Shown here: one piece after another, positions 9,512-18,128 of the stretch
How the letters are laid out: each line of letters starts with the position of its first letter
How positions within the stretch are numbered: the stretch's first letter is position 1
Origin: Candidatus Omnitrophota bacterium
GTDB taxonomy: Bacteria > Omnitrophota > Gorgyraeia > Gygaellales > Profunditerraquicolaceae
Assembly (NCBI GenBank): GCA_028706895.1
Contig: JAQTVG010000001.1
Span: forward strand, 1 to 24,157
Reading direction: 5' to 3'
Length of the DNA: 24,157 nucleotides
Made by a program: the position numbers and the translations under genes
The notes under the pieces: model-generated
What the model was told of the DNA's origin: nothing
The model's input: only the letters and a program-made list of their open reading frames with translations
The model's database searches: none

Positions 9512-9679
9512 TTTAGCGGATGGCTTGGCTTGATTCACGCAGCATGTAGTTTATGCGAGCGGCCAGGGTTCACCTGCTAAGACGAAGTCGGTGAGAGCGA
9601 GCATAAACTCCAAGCGAGATTTTCCTCGGCGGGGAAAATCGAGCGGTGCTGCGGGAAGCAAGACAAGGCAACCGCTAAA
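9512..9679 (+). repeat. ~165-bp structured dispersed element, copy 1 (MITE-like element or ncRNA, unresolved)
   Basis: Closing stem 9516-9544 pairs with 9647-9675 (24/29 WC), extended by TTTA/TAAA. Inner 9-bp stem AGTTTATGC(9548-9556)/GCATAAACT(9601-9609) and hairpin GATTTTCC(9618-9625)/GGAAAATC(9633-9640). About 82% identical to the reverse complement of 23416-23574. Confidence 0.9.
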
Positions 9680-9692
9680 ATAGGCACAAATT

Positions 9693-10313
9693 ATGCAAGG
9701 AAAATTCATTACATTTGAGGGTTCCGAAGGCTGCGGCAAGAGCACACAGTCAAAACTCCTTTACCGCTATCTAAAAGGTAAGGGGCTTAAAGCAGTTTAT
9801 CTGCGCGAGCCGGGCGGCAACAAGATAAGCGAAAAGATACGCAAGATTTTATTAGACCACAGGAACGATTCTATAACTCCGGTAACCGAGACGCTCTTAT
9901 ATATGGCAGCGCGCGCCCAGGTAGTAGATGAAATCATAGCTCCGGCTTTAAAACAGGGGAAAATAATCGTCTGCGACAGGTTTATGGACTCTACTATTGC
10001 TTACCAGGGTTACGGGTTAGGGATAGATATCAATCTTATTAAATGCGTCGGGAAATTTGCCACCTCCGGCATAAAACCCGATTTTACCATATTTTTGGAT
10101 TTACCTCTTAGAAAGGGGCTTAGATACCGCCAATATACAAAAGACCGTATAGAAAGGCGCTCTCTTAATTATCATTCGCGTGTTTTAAAAGGATATCTTG
10201 AGCTCGCTCATAAAGACCCCAAGAGGATAAAAATCGTAAAAGTAGAGAAGGATATAGATAAGACACAGTCTGAAATAAGAAAATTAGTGGATAAATTGCT
10301 ATGTCATTCTTAG
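9693..10313 (+). CDS. tmk: Thymidylate kinase
   Basis: FITFEGSEGCGKST P-loop, REPGG and CDRFMDSTIAYQGYG motifs. Confidence 0.96.
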   Translation: MQGKFITFEGSEGCGKSTQSKLLYRYLKGKGLKAVYLREPGGNKISEKIRKILLDHRNDSITPVTETLLYMAARAQVVDEIIAPALKQGKIIVCDRFMDSTIAYQGYGLGIDINLIKCVGKFATSGIKPDFTIFLDLPLRKGLRYRQYTKDRIERRSLNYHSRVLKGYLELAHKDPKRIKIVKVEKDIDKTQSEIRKLVDKLLCHS

Positions 10314-11314
10314 ATATCAAGGGTCAGGATAGGCCAATACAAATACTTAAAGAATACATAAAACATTCCCGCCTTACAGGCAGTTATCTTTTTGCAGGCG
10401 AGGACGGCATAGGCAAGAAGTCTGTGGCTAAGACGCTAGCCAAGGCATTGAATTGCGAAAGCAGCACGCTTGATTCGTGTGATAAATGCGCATCCTGCCT
10501 GAAAATAGAAAAAGGCCAGCATCCTGATATACATATTATTGACGGTTCCGGTTCTTCCGGAGGCCATCTTGAGCACACTCAGGATATAGCCGCCCAGGAT
10601 AACGACTCCATAAAAATAGAATATATCCGCCAGCTGCAGAAAGAGATTAATTTAAGGCCGTATGAAGCCAGAAGAAAGGTTTTTATTATTGATAACGCGC
10701 ATTGCTTAACTGCCGATGCAGGCAATGCCCTTTTAAAGACACTGGAAGAGCCGCCGGCGGGAAGCTTGATTATCCTGATTACTTCAAAACCCGCGTTATT
10801 ATTTAAAACTATAATTTCGCGCTGCAAGATTATAAAATTTTACCCCTTAGAAAGGCAAGAACTAGAAGAAGCCCTGAAAAAAGATTTCCATCTTGACGAT
10901 AGCCTCTCTCATTACCTGGCTTATTTTTGTGAAGGCAGGATAGGCCGCGCCCTGAAACTAAAAGATACGGACATATTAAACCAGAGGAATAAGGTTATTG
11001 AGGCATTTATCCCGCAAGGCAGGGCATCTTGCGACAGGGGAGTTACGGAAAACAGGAACAATGTGCGCGCCTATTTAAATATTCTGGCAGCATGGTTCAG
11101 GGATATGTATTTAATAAAAATAGGAGCGCCTCAACGCGAACTTATTAACCTGGACCGTAAAAATGAGTTATTAAAACTTGTGAGCCGTTATACATTCGTA
11201 GATTTAAATGAGGCATTTAACTCAATCTCCAGTTCCTTATTATATTTAGAGCGTAATGTCAATACCAGGCTGCTCTTATCTAACTTAAAATCTTCATTAA
11301 AAATTGAGGCATAG
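10301..11314 (+). CDS. holB: DNA polymerase III subunit delta'
   Basis: YLFAGEDGIGK, zinc module C-X8-C-X2-C-X2-C, HPD and NALLKTLEEPP. The tmk-holB order is conserved. Confidence 0.93.
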   Translation: MSFLDIKGQDRPIQILKEYIKHSRLTGSYLFAGEDGIGKKSVAKTLAKALNCESSTLDSCDKCASCLKIEKGQHPDIHIIDGSGSSGGHLEHTQDIAAQDNDSIKIEYIRQLQKEINLRPYEARRKVFIIDNAHCLTADAGNALLKTLEEPPAGSLIILITSKPALLFKTIISRCKIIKFYPLERQELEEALKKDFHLDDSLSHYLAYFCEGRIGRALKLKDTDILNQRNKVIEAFIPQGRASCDRGVTENRNNVRAYLNILAAWFRDMYLIKIGAPQRELINLDRKNELLKLVSRYTFVDLNEAFNSISSSLLYLERNVNTRLLLSNLKSSLKIEA

Positions 11315-11322
11315 AGAATAAT

Positions 11323-12123
11323 ATGGATAATTCTGTTTTTGTAAGGCTAAGAGATTCGGGCCAGACATATCTTTATAATCCCGTGAATTTAACCGTTAAG
11401 GAAGGCGATTATGTTATCGTCGAGCATGACCGCGGCCTGGATTACGGACAGGTAGTTTCTCCAAAGGATAAAGACGCGGCTACGCAGACAAAATCCAAGG
11501 AGAAAGAACCATTAAAGAAAATAATCCGCCTCGCAAGAGACCACGATTTAAAACAGATTGAAGATAACAGGGGTAAATCCAAGGAGGCATTTAATACCTG
11601 CGTTAAGAAGATAACAGAGCATAAGCTGGATATGAAGCTTGTGCGCGCGGAATATTCTTTTGACCGCACCAAAATTATATTCTATTTTACCGCCTCGGGC
11701 CGGGTTGATTTCAGGGAGTTAGTCAAGGACCTGGCTAAGATTTTTAAAGCCAGGATTGAATTGAGGCAGATCGGTGTCAGGGATGAAGCGAGGCTCTTTG
11801 GCGGCTTTGGCCATTGCGGCAGGCAGCTTTGCTGCGGGACATTTTTAAAGGATTTTGAGCCGGTTACTATCAAGATGGCAAAAGAAGAGGGACTGCCTTT
11901 AAATCCGCCTAAGATATCGGGCCTTTGCGGGAGATTAATGTGCTGCCTTTATTTTGAATACGAGTCGTATAAAATCATGGCTAAAGGCCTGCCCAGAGAA
12001 GGCGAGCACGTAACTACTAAACAGGGCAAGGGTAAAGTGTTAAGCGTAAATGTTTTTAAGCGTACTGCAGCAGTTGAGCTGGAAGACGGCTCGCAGATAG
12101 AGGTTAGTTATAATGAGGGATAA
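11323..12123 (+). CDS. PSP1-domain protein (RicT/YaaT family)
   Basis: YFTASGRVDFRELVKDLA, RIELRQIGVRDEA, CGRQLCC and KISGLCGRLMCCL motifs. The holB-yaaT-metG order is conserved. Confidence 0.92.
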   Translation: MDNSVFVRLRDSGQTYLYNPVNLTVKEGDYVIVEHDRGLDYGQVVSPKDKDAATQTKSKEKEPLKKIIRLARDHDLKQIEDNRGKSKEAFNTCVKKITEHKLDMKLVRAEYSFDRTKIIFYFTASGRVDFRELVKDLAKIFKARIELRQIGVRDEARLFGGFGHCGRQLCCGTFLKDFEPVTIKMAKEEGLPLNPPKISGLCGRLMCCLYFEYESYKIMAKGLPREGEHVTTKQGKGKVLSVNVFKRTAAVELEDGSQIEVSYNEG

Positions 12124-13612
12124 ATTTTATATAACGACTCCGCTATATTACGTTAATGCTTCTCCGCATATCGGCCACTCTTATACTACTATTGCCGCTG
12201 ATTGCCTGGCGCGTTATATGCGTAAAAAGCTGGGTGAAGAAAACGTGTGGTTTCTTACCGGCACCGATGAACACGGCCAGAAGATACAAAGGGCAGCGGA
12301 TGCCAAGGGGTTAAGCCCGCAGGATTTCGCGGATAAAACTTCAGTGCAGTTTAAAGAACTCTGGAAGGCCCTGGATATTTCTTATAATGATTTTATCCGC
12401 ACTACCGAACCCCGTCACGTAAAAACCGTTCAGAAAGTTTTGGATATCCTTTTAAAAAAAGGCGACATTTACGAAGGCAAATACGAAGGCCTCTATTGCA
12501 CTCCTTGCGAAACATTCTGGCTTGAATCTCAGTTAGTAGAGGGCAAATGCCCCGATTGCAAGAGAGCGGTAGAAAGAATAACGGAAAAGAATTATTTTTT
12601 CAGGTTATCCAAGTACCAGGGTTGGCTCCTTAATTACATAAAAAACGAGAAGGAATTTATCCAGCCTGACAGCCGTTATGAAGAGACTTTAAGTTTCCTG
12701 GAATTAAATAAATTAAATGATTTGTGTATCTCCCGCCCCGGGGAACGCCTGAGCTGGGGGATTCCTTTGCCGTTTGCTCCGGACCACGTGACTTATGTCT
12801 GGTTTGACGCCCTCATTAATTATATAAGCGCTGTGGGTTCGTTTGATGATAATGATAAATATCATTCCAAGTGGTGGCCGGCAGAATTGCATTTAATGGC
12901 CAAGGACATATTAAGGCAGCACACTGTATATTGGCCGATTATGCTGCACGCCTTGGATATTGAACTCCCTAAAAGAGTTTTTGCCCATGGCTGGTGGTTG
13001 ATTAATGAAGATAAAATGTCCAAGTCCCGCGGGAACGCAGTAAACCCTTTAGAGATGGTCCAGAAGTACGGCCTTGATGCTTACAGGTATTTTCTTTTGC
13101 GCGATGTTCCTTTTGGCAGCGACGGTAATTTTTCTGAAGAATCCATCGTTAAAAGGTTTAACGGCGATTTAGCCAATGATTTAGGAAACCTTGTGTATCG
13201 CACGCTTACAATGCTTGAGAAATATTATCAGGGCGCGATACCCGAAAAAGGAAAGTTAAATGAACAGGCAGGTAAAATAGAAGAGAAGATAAAATTATTG
13301 CCGATAGAAGTGTCCGCCGCAATGGCTTATCTTGATTTTAGTTTGGCGCTTGAACATATATGGGAATTAATAAATATGGCTAATAAGTATGTTGAAGAAA
13401 CCAAACCCTGGAATCTTGCTAAAGAGAACAAAACGGATGAGCTTAAGAGCTTTATCCGTTTATTAGTAGATGTTATCAGAGAAGCCGCTGAACATATTTA
13501 TCCTTTTATGCCGCAAACAGCCGAGTCTATAAAAGAACAGATGGGCCAGGACAAAATTAACAAGGGCAAACCTTTATTCCCGCGCATAGAAAACCCAAAA
13601 CCAGGCGCTTAA
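12113..13612 (+). CDS. metG: Methionine--tRNA ligase, short form without the C-terminal tRNA-binding domain
   Basis: FYITTPLYYVN, HIGHSY, TGTDEHGQK, one zinc knuckle (CTPC...CPDC), YVWFDAL and KMSKS. Ends shortly after PLFPRIE at 499 aa. Confidence 0.96.
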   Translation: MRDKFYITTPLYYVNASPHIGHSYTTIAADCLARYMRKKLGEENVWFLTGTDEHGQKIQRAADAKGLSPQDFADKTSVQFKELWKALDISYNDFIRTTEPRHVKTVQKVLDILLKKGDIYEGKYEGLYCTPCETFWLESQLVEGKCPDCKRAVERITEKNYFFRLSKYQGWLLNYIKNEKEFIQPDSRYEETLSFLELNKLNDLCISRPGERLSWGIPLPFAPDHVTYVWFDALINYISAVGSFDDNDKYHSKWWPAELHLMAKDILRQHTVYWPIMLHALDIELPKRVFAHGWWLINEDKMSKSRGNAVNPLEMVQKYGLDAYRYFLLRDVPFGSDGNFSEESIVKRFNGDLANDLGNLVYRTLTMLEKYYQGAIPEKGKLNEQAGKIEEKIKLLPIEVSAAMAYLDFSLALEHIWELINMANKYVEETKPWNLAKENKTDELKSFIRLLVDVIREAAEHIYPFMPQTAESIKEQMGQDKINKGKPLFPRIENPKPGA

Positions 13613-13624
13613 CAGCCGGCAGCT

Positions 13625-14386
13625 ATGTTGGTAGATACCCATTGTCATCTTGATTTTCCCGATTTTGACCCGGACCGCGAAGAAGTCATCAGGCGCGCGG
13701 AAACCGAAGGCATAGGTTGTATAGTTAATATAGGTTCCAGCCTCGAGGGTTCAAAAAGAGCAGTAGAATTATCCCGCCAGTACAATTCCATATACGCAAC
13801 CGTAGGCCTGCATCCGCATGAAGCAGATGGATTTGATGATAATGCGAAGATAATTATAGAAAAGCTCTCCAGGGAAGATAAGGTAGTAGCGATTGGAGAG
13901 ACGGGCCTTGATTATTTTAAAAATTATTCTAAAGCAGAAAACCAGAAAATATTATTCAGGTATTTAGTAAAGTTGGCCAAAGATTTAAATCTGCCGTTAG
14001 TCATACACAGCCGCCAGGCGCAAGATGATACTCTGCAAATTCTGAATGATGCCATGCCGGTAAAATGCGTGGTGCATTGTTTCTCCGGAGACGAGGATTT
14101 TCTGAAAAAATGCCTGGATTCAGGCTTTTTAATTTCCTTTACTTGCAATATCACCTACAAAAAAGCCCAAGGGCTAAGGGATATTGTAAAATTAACGCCG
14201 TTAGACAGGATGATGTTAGAGACGGACGCGCCTTTTTTGCCTCCGGAAGGGTTCCGCGGTAAAAGGAACGAGCCTGCATATGTAAAAATCCTTGCTGAAG
14301 AGGTCGCCCGTATAAAAGCAATAGGTATTGATGAGATAGCCAGGGTTACTACAGAAAACGCAAAGAGGTTTTATAATTTACCATGA
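13625..14386 (+). CDS. tatD: TatD-family hydrolase (DNase)
   Basis: DTHCHL, VGLHPH, AIGETGLDY, VIHSR, VHCFSG and LETDAPFL motifs. Confidence 0.93.
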   Translation: MLVDTHCHLDFPDFDPDREEVIRRAETEGIGCIVNIGSSLEGSKRAVELSRQYNSIYATVGLHPHEADGFDDNAKIIIEKLSREDKVVAIGETGLDYFKNYSKAENQKILFRYLVKLAKDLNLPLVIHSRQAQDDTLQILNDAMPVKCVVHCFSGDEDFLKKCLDSGFLISFTCNITYKKAQGLRDIVKLTPLDRMMLETDAPFLPPEGFRGKRNEPAYVKILAEEVARIKAIGIDEIARVTTENAKRFYNLP

Positions 14387-15501
14387 ACGCCAAAGTTTCT
14401 ATTGTTAAATGTAAGGATTATGAGCCTGGAAGGGTTTTAGAAGCAACCCGCAGGGCAGTAGATTTAATCGGAGGCATATCCAGTTTTATCCGGCCCAAAA
14501 GCAGGGTATTGGTTAAGCCCAATCTTTTAATGGCTATTGAGCCGGAATCCGCGGTTGATACCCATCCTGAAGTTGTGCGCGCGGCGATAAAAATATTAAA
14601 AGATATCAATTGTGTAATTTATGTCGGCGACGGCCCAAGCGCTTTTGGGAGTGAAGCCGAAAACATAGACGAAGTCCACAGGCGTTCAGGGATGAAGAAA
14701 ATTTGCGAGGAAGAGGATGTTGAGCTGGTAAAATTTGATAAGAGGCGCTGGAGAGGAAAATTCCCCTTGTCAACATGGCCGGATGATTGCGATTATGTAC
14801 TGAATTTGCCAAAATTAAAGACCCATAATTTTATGCTTATGACCGCCGCCATAAAAAACCTCTTTGGGCTGGTCAGCGGAACATTTAAAACCGAATTGCA
14901 TAAAAAATATTTTCCCCCGCATGAGTTTGCCAGGATAGTAGTTGATATATATGAAAAAGTAAATCCCGCCCTGACTATTATTGATAGTGTTTTAACAATG
15001 GAAGGAGATGGCCCGGGCTCAAGCGGAGAACCGCGTAATACAGGGTTGATTTTAGCGGGTTCAGATTGCGTGGCGTTAGATACAGTTTCGGCTTTAATTA
15101 TGGGGCTTAATCCGTTTGATGTATTGATTACAAAAGAAGCGTCTATCAGGGGATTGGGCGTATCAGACATTAATTCTATTTCAATCGTAGGCCAGAGGCT
15201 GGATAGTGTTATCGGCGAGCCTTTTAAGCTGCCCGCCACCTCAATGGTGAGAAAAATTCCGCGTCCGGTTATTGAAATAGTGAAGAAATTTATCAGATAT
15301 TACCCTCATGTGAAGCACGATAATTGTACCAGGTGCCTTGCTTGTGTTGAGGCCTGTCCCAGTAAAGTAATAAGCCTGGAGAAAAACAGGATTACCATTA
15401 AATACGCAAAATGCATAGCTTGTTTTTGCTGCCAGGAAGTTTGCCCCAGCGCGGCAATAAAGGTTAGAAAGAGTATCCTCGCTAAAATGATAGGATTGTA
15501 A
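14383..15501 (+). CDS. DUF362-domain protein with C-terminal 2x[4Fe-4S] ferredoxin-like domain
   Basis: VLVKPNL, THPEVV, LPKLKTH, KNLFG, MEGDGP and DCVALD match DUF362 from recall. The C-terminus has CTRCLACVEACP and CIACFCCQEVCP. Confidence 0.82.
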   Translation: MNAKVSIVKCKDYEPGRVLEATRRAVDLIGGISSFIRPKSRVLVKPNLLMAIEPESAVDTHPEVVRAAIKILKDINCVIYVGDGPSAFGSEAENIDEVHRRSGMKKICEEEDVELVKFDKRRWRGKFPLSTWPDDCDYVLNLPKLKTHNFMLMTAAIKNLFGLVSGTFKTELHKKYFPPHEFARIVVDIYEKVNPALTIIDSVLTMEGDGPGSSGEPRNTGLILAGSDCVALDTVSALIMGLNPFDVLITKEASIRGLGVSDINSISIVGQRLDSVIGEPFKLPATSMVRKIPRPVIEIVKKFIRYYPHVKHDNCTRCLACVEACPSKVISLEKNRITIKYAKCIACFCCQEVCPSAAIKVRKSILAKMIGL

Positions 15502-16112
15502 TGAGTAAACAAAGTGACTTGCTTGATTTGAGGATTAAACTTGATGAGGCGATTACTTACGGGACGCACCAGGAAGCGGTTAAGCTTGCCAGGCGTGGCT
15601 TGAAGGAAGCCGGAGAGAAAGGCCTTAAAGGCGAGACGGAATATTTTAAGGGGCAGATTGAACTCTTGAATAAAAATCTCGTTACTGCTATAGAGCATTT
15701 TGACCTGGCGATAAAATACAATCCTAATGATGGCGCCGCGTATAATGACCGGGCGTTGTGTATGGTAGAATTAGGCATAATTGATAAGGCATTGTATTAT
15801 TTTGACAAAGGCATTGAAGTAGAGCCGGATTATGCTACTATTTATCATAACAAGGGGTGGCTTTTAAATAATATAGGCAGGCACACCGAGGCCATAAAAT
15901 GTTTTAAAAAGGCGCTGGAGCTGGAGCCAGGCAGGGCAGTAACCTACGATAACCTTGCTGACGCGCTTTTTAATCTTTCTGATTATCAGGGCGCAGTAGA
16001 CGCATACAAAAAAGTGCTTAAGCTCTTAAAGCCGGGCTGCTGCCTTGGTATAAGAAAACAGATAACCAGCCGTATTAAATCAATAGAGGGAAAATGGATA
16101 TCAAAACCATAG
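15501..16112 (+). CDS. Tetratricopeptide repeat protein
   Basis: About four TPR-like repeats (e.g. AYNDRALCMVELG, IYHNKGWLLNNIG, TYDNLADALFNLS). No signal peptide; overlaps both neighbours. Confidence 0.85.
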   Translation: MSKQSDLLDLRIKLDEAITYGTHQEAVKLARRGLKEAGEKGLKGETEYFKGQIELLNKNLVTAIEHFDLAIKYNPNDGAAYNDRALCMVELGIIDKALYYFDKGIEVEPDYATIYHNKGWLLNNIGRHTEAIKCFKKALELEPGRAVTYDNLADALFNLSDYQGAVDAYKKVLKLLKPGCCLGIRKQITSRIKSIEGKWISKP

Positions 16113-17143
16113 AGTGGAAGAATAACAGCATTAAGATAATTGACCAGACAAAGCTTCCTGCTAAGCTGGAGTATTTATATATCAGGGACCTGAAGGCCCT
16201 CTGGAATGCAATAAAGGAACTGAAGGTGCGCGGAGCCCCGGCCCTGGGCGCAGCTGCGGCGCTTGGTATATATTTGGGGATTAAAGATTATAAGGCGAAG
16301 AATTTAGCAGGGTTTAATAAGGAATTGCAAAAAATATCACGTTATATTGCTTCTTCGCGGCCAACGGCGAGGAATCTTTTTTGGGGTTTAGAAAGAATGA
16401 AGAATGTTGCCGTAAAAAACCAGGATAAACCGGTATCAGCTATAAAAGCAATGCTTTTTAAGGAAGCGCAAAAAGTAATCAAAGAAGATATGCTCGCCTG
16501 CCGCTTGATGGCGGGGTATGGCGCGAAATTGATTAAGAATAAAGATACAATATTGACTATTTGTAACGCAGGAATCCTGGCTACTATTGATTATGGCACG
16601 GCATTAGGCATAATATACAAGGCAAAAGAAGAAGGCAAGCGTTTAAAAGTTTATGCCTCTGAAACCCGGCCTTTGCTGCAGGGCGCCCGTTTAACTGCCT
16701 GGGAATTAAAGAAGAACAATATTGATGTTACTCTTATTTGTGACAATATGGCGGCAACATTAATGCAGCAGGGGAAAATAGATAAAGTGATCGCGGGTGC
16801 CGACAGGATTGCGGCAAACGGCGACGCTGCCAACAAAATAGGCACTTATAATCTGGCGGTCTTAAGCAGTTACCATAAGGTGCCTTTTTATATAGCAGCA
16901 CCAGCCTCAACATTTGACCTGAAGATTAAATCAGGGCGCGATATACCTATTGAAGAACGCAAAGCGCAGGAAGTCACGGAGTTATTTTTTAAAAGTCCTA
17001 TATCGGCTAAAGGCATAAAAGTATTTAACCCGGCTTTTGATGTGACACCGCACAACCTGATTACCGCGATTATTACGGACAAAGGCATTATCAGGCCGCC
17101 GTATATAACAAATATCGCAAAACAATTAAAGAAAAATAAATGA
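16094..17143 (+). CDS. mtnA: S-methyl-5-thioribose-1-phosphate isomerase
   Basis: IDQTKLP, VRGAPALG, SRPTARNL, LTICNAG, ETRPLLQGARLTAWEL, GADRIAANGD and NPAFDVTP motifs. Confidence 0.93.
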   Translation: MDIKTIEWKNNSIKIIDQTKLPAKLEYLYIRDLKALWNAIKELKVRGAPALGAAAALGIYLGIKDYKAKNLAGFNKELQKISRYIASSRPTARNLFWGLERMKNVAVKNQDKPVSAIKAMLFKEAQKVIKEDMLACRLMAGYGAKLIKNKDTILTICNAGILATIDYGTALGIIYKAKEEGKRLKVYASETRPLLQGARLTAWELKKNNIDVTLICDNMAATLMQQGKIDKVIAGADRIAANGDAANKIGTYNLAVLSSYHKVPFYIAAPASTFDLKIKSGRDIPIEERKAQEVTELFFKSPISAKGIKVFNPAFDVTPHNLITAIITDKGIIRPPYITNIAKQLKKNK

Positions 17144-18039
17144 CGCTGTTAAAAGATATCGGGGAATTCGGCTTGATTAGCAGGATAAGAAAATCAATAA
17201 AGACCGATGCCTCGGTTATAAAAGGTTCAGGCGATGATTGCGCGGTTTTAAAACTTGACAAAAACAGGTATCAGCTTTTTACCTGCGATATGATAGCAGA
17301 GGGAGTAGATTTTACGCTTAAAGATGGCCCGTATCTTATCGGTAGAAAGGCTTTGGCGGTTTCTATCAGTGATATTGCCGCTTGCGCAGGCCTGCCGCGT
17401 TATTGTGTTGTATCTCTGGGTATATCTAAACATACCCCGGTTAAATTTATAGATAAACTTCTTAAAGGTATTTTAACTATAGCCAAGAAATATAATGTTA
17501 ACCTTGTAGGCGGTGATATCAGCCGCGCAAAACAATTAACCATTGATGTGAGCATGCTGGGCGTTGTGGAGAAAAAGAATCTTGTATTAAGAAGCGGAGC
17601 CAGGGTGGGAGACGTTATTTTTGTTACGGGTAAACTCGGAGGCTCTATTCTGGGCAAGCACCTTAGCTTTACGCCGCGTTTAAAAGAAGCAAGGTTTTTG
17701 ACAAAGAATTTTAAGATAAATTCAATGATTGACATATCTGACGGCCTCACTCAGGACCTCGGTCATATCCTTGAAGAGAGCGAAAAAGGCGCGGTGATTT
17801 ACGCAGATTTAATCCCGGTAAGCAGGCAGGCACGTAACTTGAATGACGCGCTTTCTGCGGGCGAAGACTTTGAACTGCTTTTTACGATGCCTTTTAAAGA
17901 GGCAAAGAGGTTCCATAAGCGGGAGCTGCCCGGTTTTAAGGTTATCGGAGAAATCGTAGATAAGAAATATGGTTTCAGGTTGGTGGATAAACATGGTAAA
18001 GAAGAAGCTGTTAAGGCAAAAGGTTTCCGCCACTTTTAG
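17140..18039 (+). CDS. thiL: Thiamine-monophosphate kinase
   Basis: GEFGLI, GDDCAV, SISDIAA, GGDIS, IDISDGL and GEDFELLF motifs. Confidence 0.93.
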   Translation: MTLLKDIGEFGLISRIRKSIKTDASVIKGSGDDCAVLKLDKNRYQLFTCDMIAEGVDFTLKDGPYLIGRKALAVSISDIAACAGLPRYCVVSLGISKHTPVKFIDKLLKGILTIAKKYNVNLVGGDISRAKQLTIDVSMLGVVEKKNLVLRSGARVGDVIFVTGKLGGSILGKHLSFTPRLKEARFLTKNFKINSMIDISDGLTQDLGHILEESEKGAVIYADLIPVSRQARNLNDALSAGEDFELLFTMPFKEAKRFHKRELPGFKVIGEIVDKKYGFRLVDKHGKEEAVKAKGFRHF

Positions 18040-18122
18040 GGACGGTTCTCATTTACGGTTAAAAGTGTCCCTTTTAAATCGTAACGGGGACAGTTTTAAC
18101 CGTGTTTCAGAACCGTCCCTAA
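18036..18122. repeat. 87-bp REP/REPIN-like nested palindrome
   Basis: Perfect 14-bp terminal inverted repeat TTAGGGACGGTTCT(18036-18049)/AGAACCGTCCCTAA(18109-18122). Inner arms ACGGTTAAAA-G-TGTCCC(18055-18071) and GGGACA-G-TTTTAACCGT(18087-18103). Confidence 0.85.
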
Positions 18123-18128
18123 TGTAGA

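Noticed and set aside
9512-9679. Element as 6S RNA, SRP RNA, attC site, hammerhead or riboswitch
   Set aside because: It lacks the SRP GGAA/GNRA domain motif, the RYYYAAC...GTTRRRY attC ends and the CUGAUGA/GAAA core. It is branched rather than a rod with a central bubble. 6S is not formally excluded without a covariance-model search.
9508-9682. AATA direct repeat flanking copy 1 as a target-site duplication
   Set aside because: Only 4 bp in AT-rich context, and copy 2 has no matching duplication.
9278-9745. Minus-strand ORFs 9278-9538 and 9551-9745
   Set aside because: They are antisense to cysS/tmk and the repeat element, with no protein-like features.
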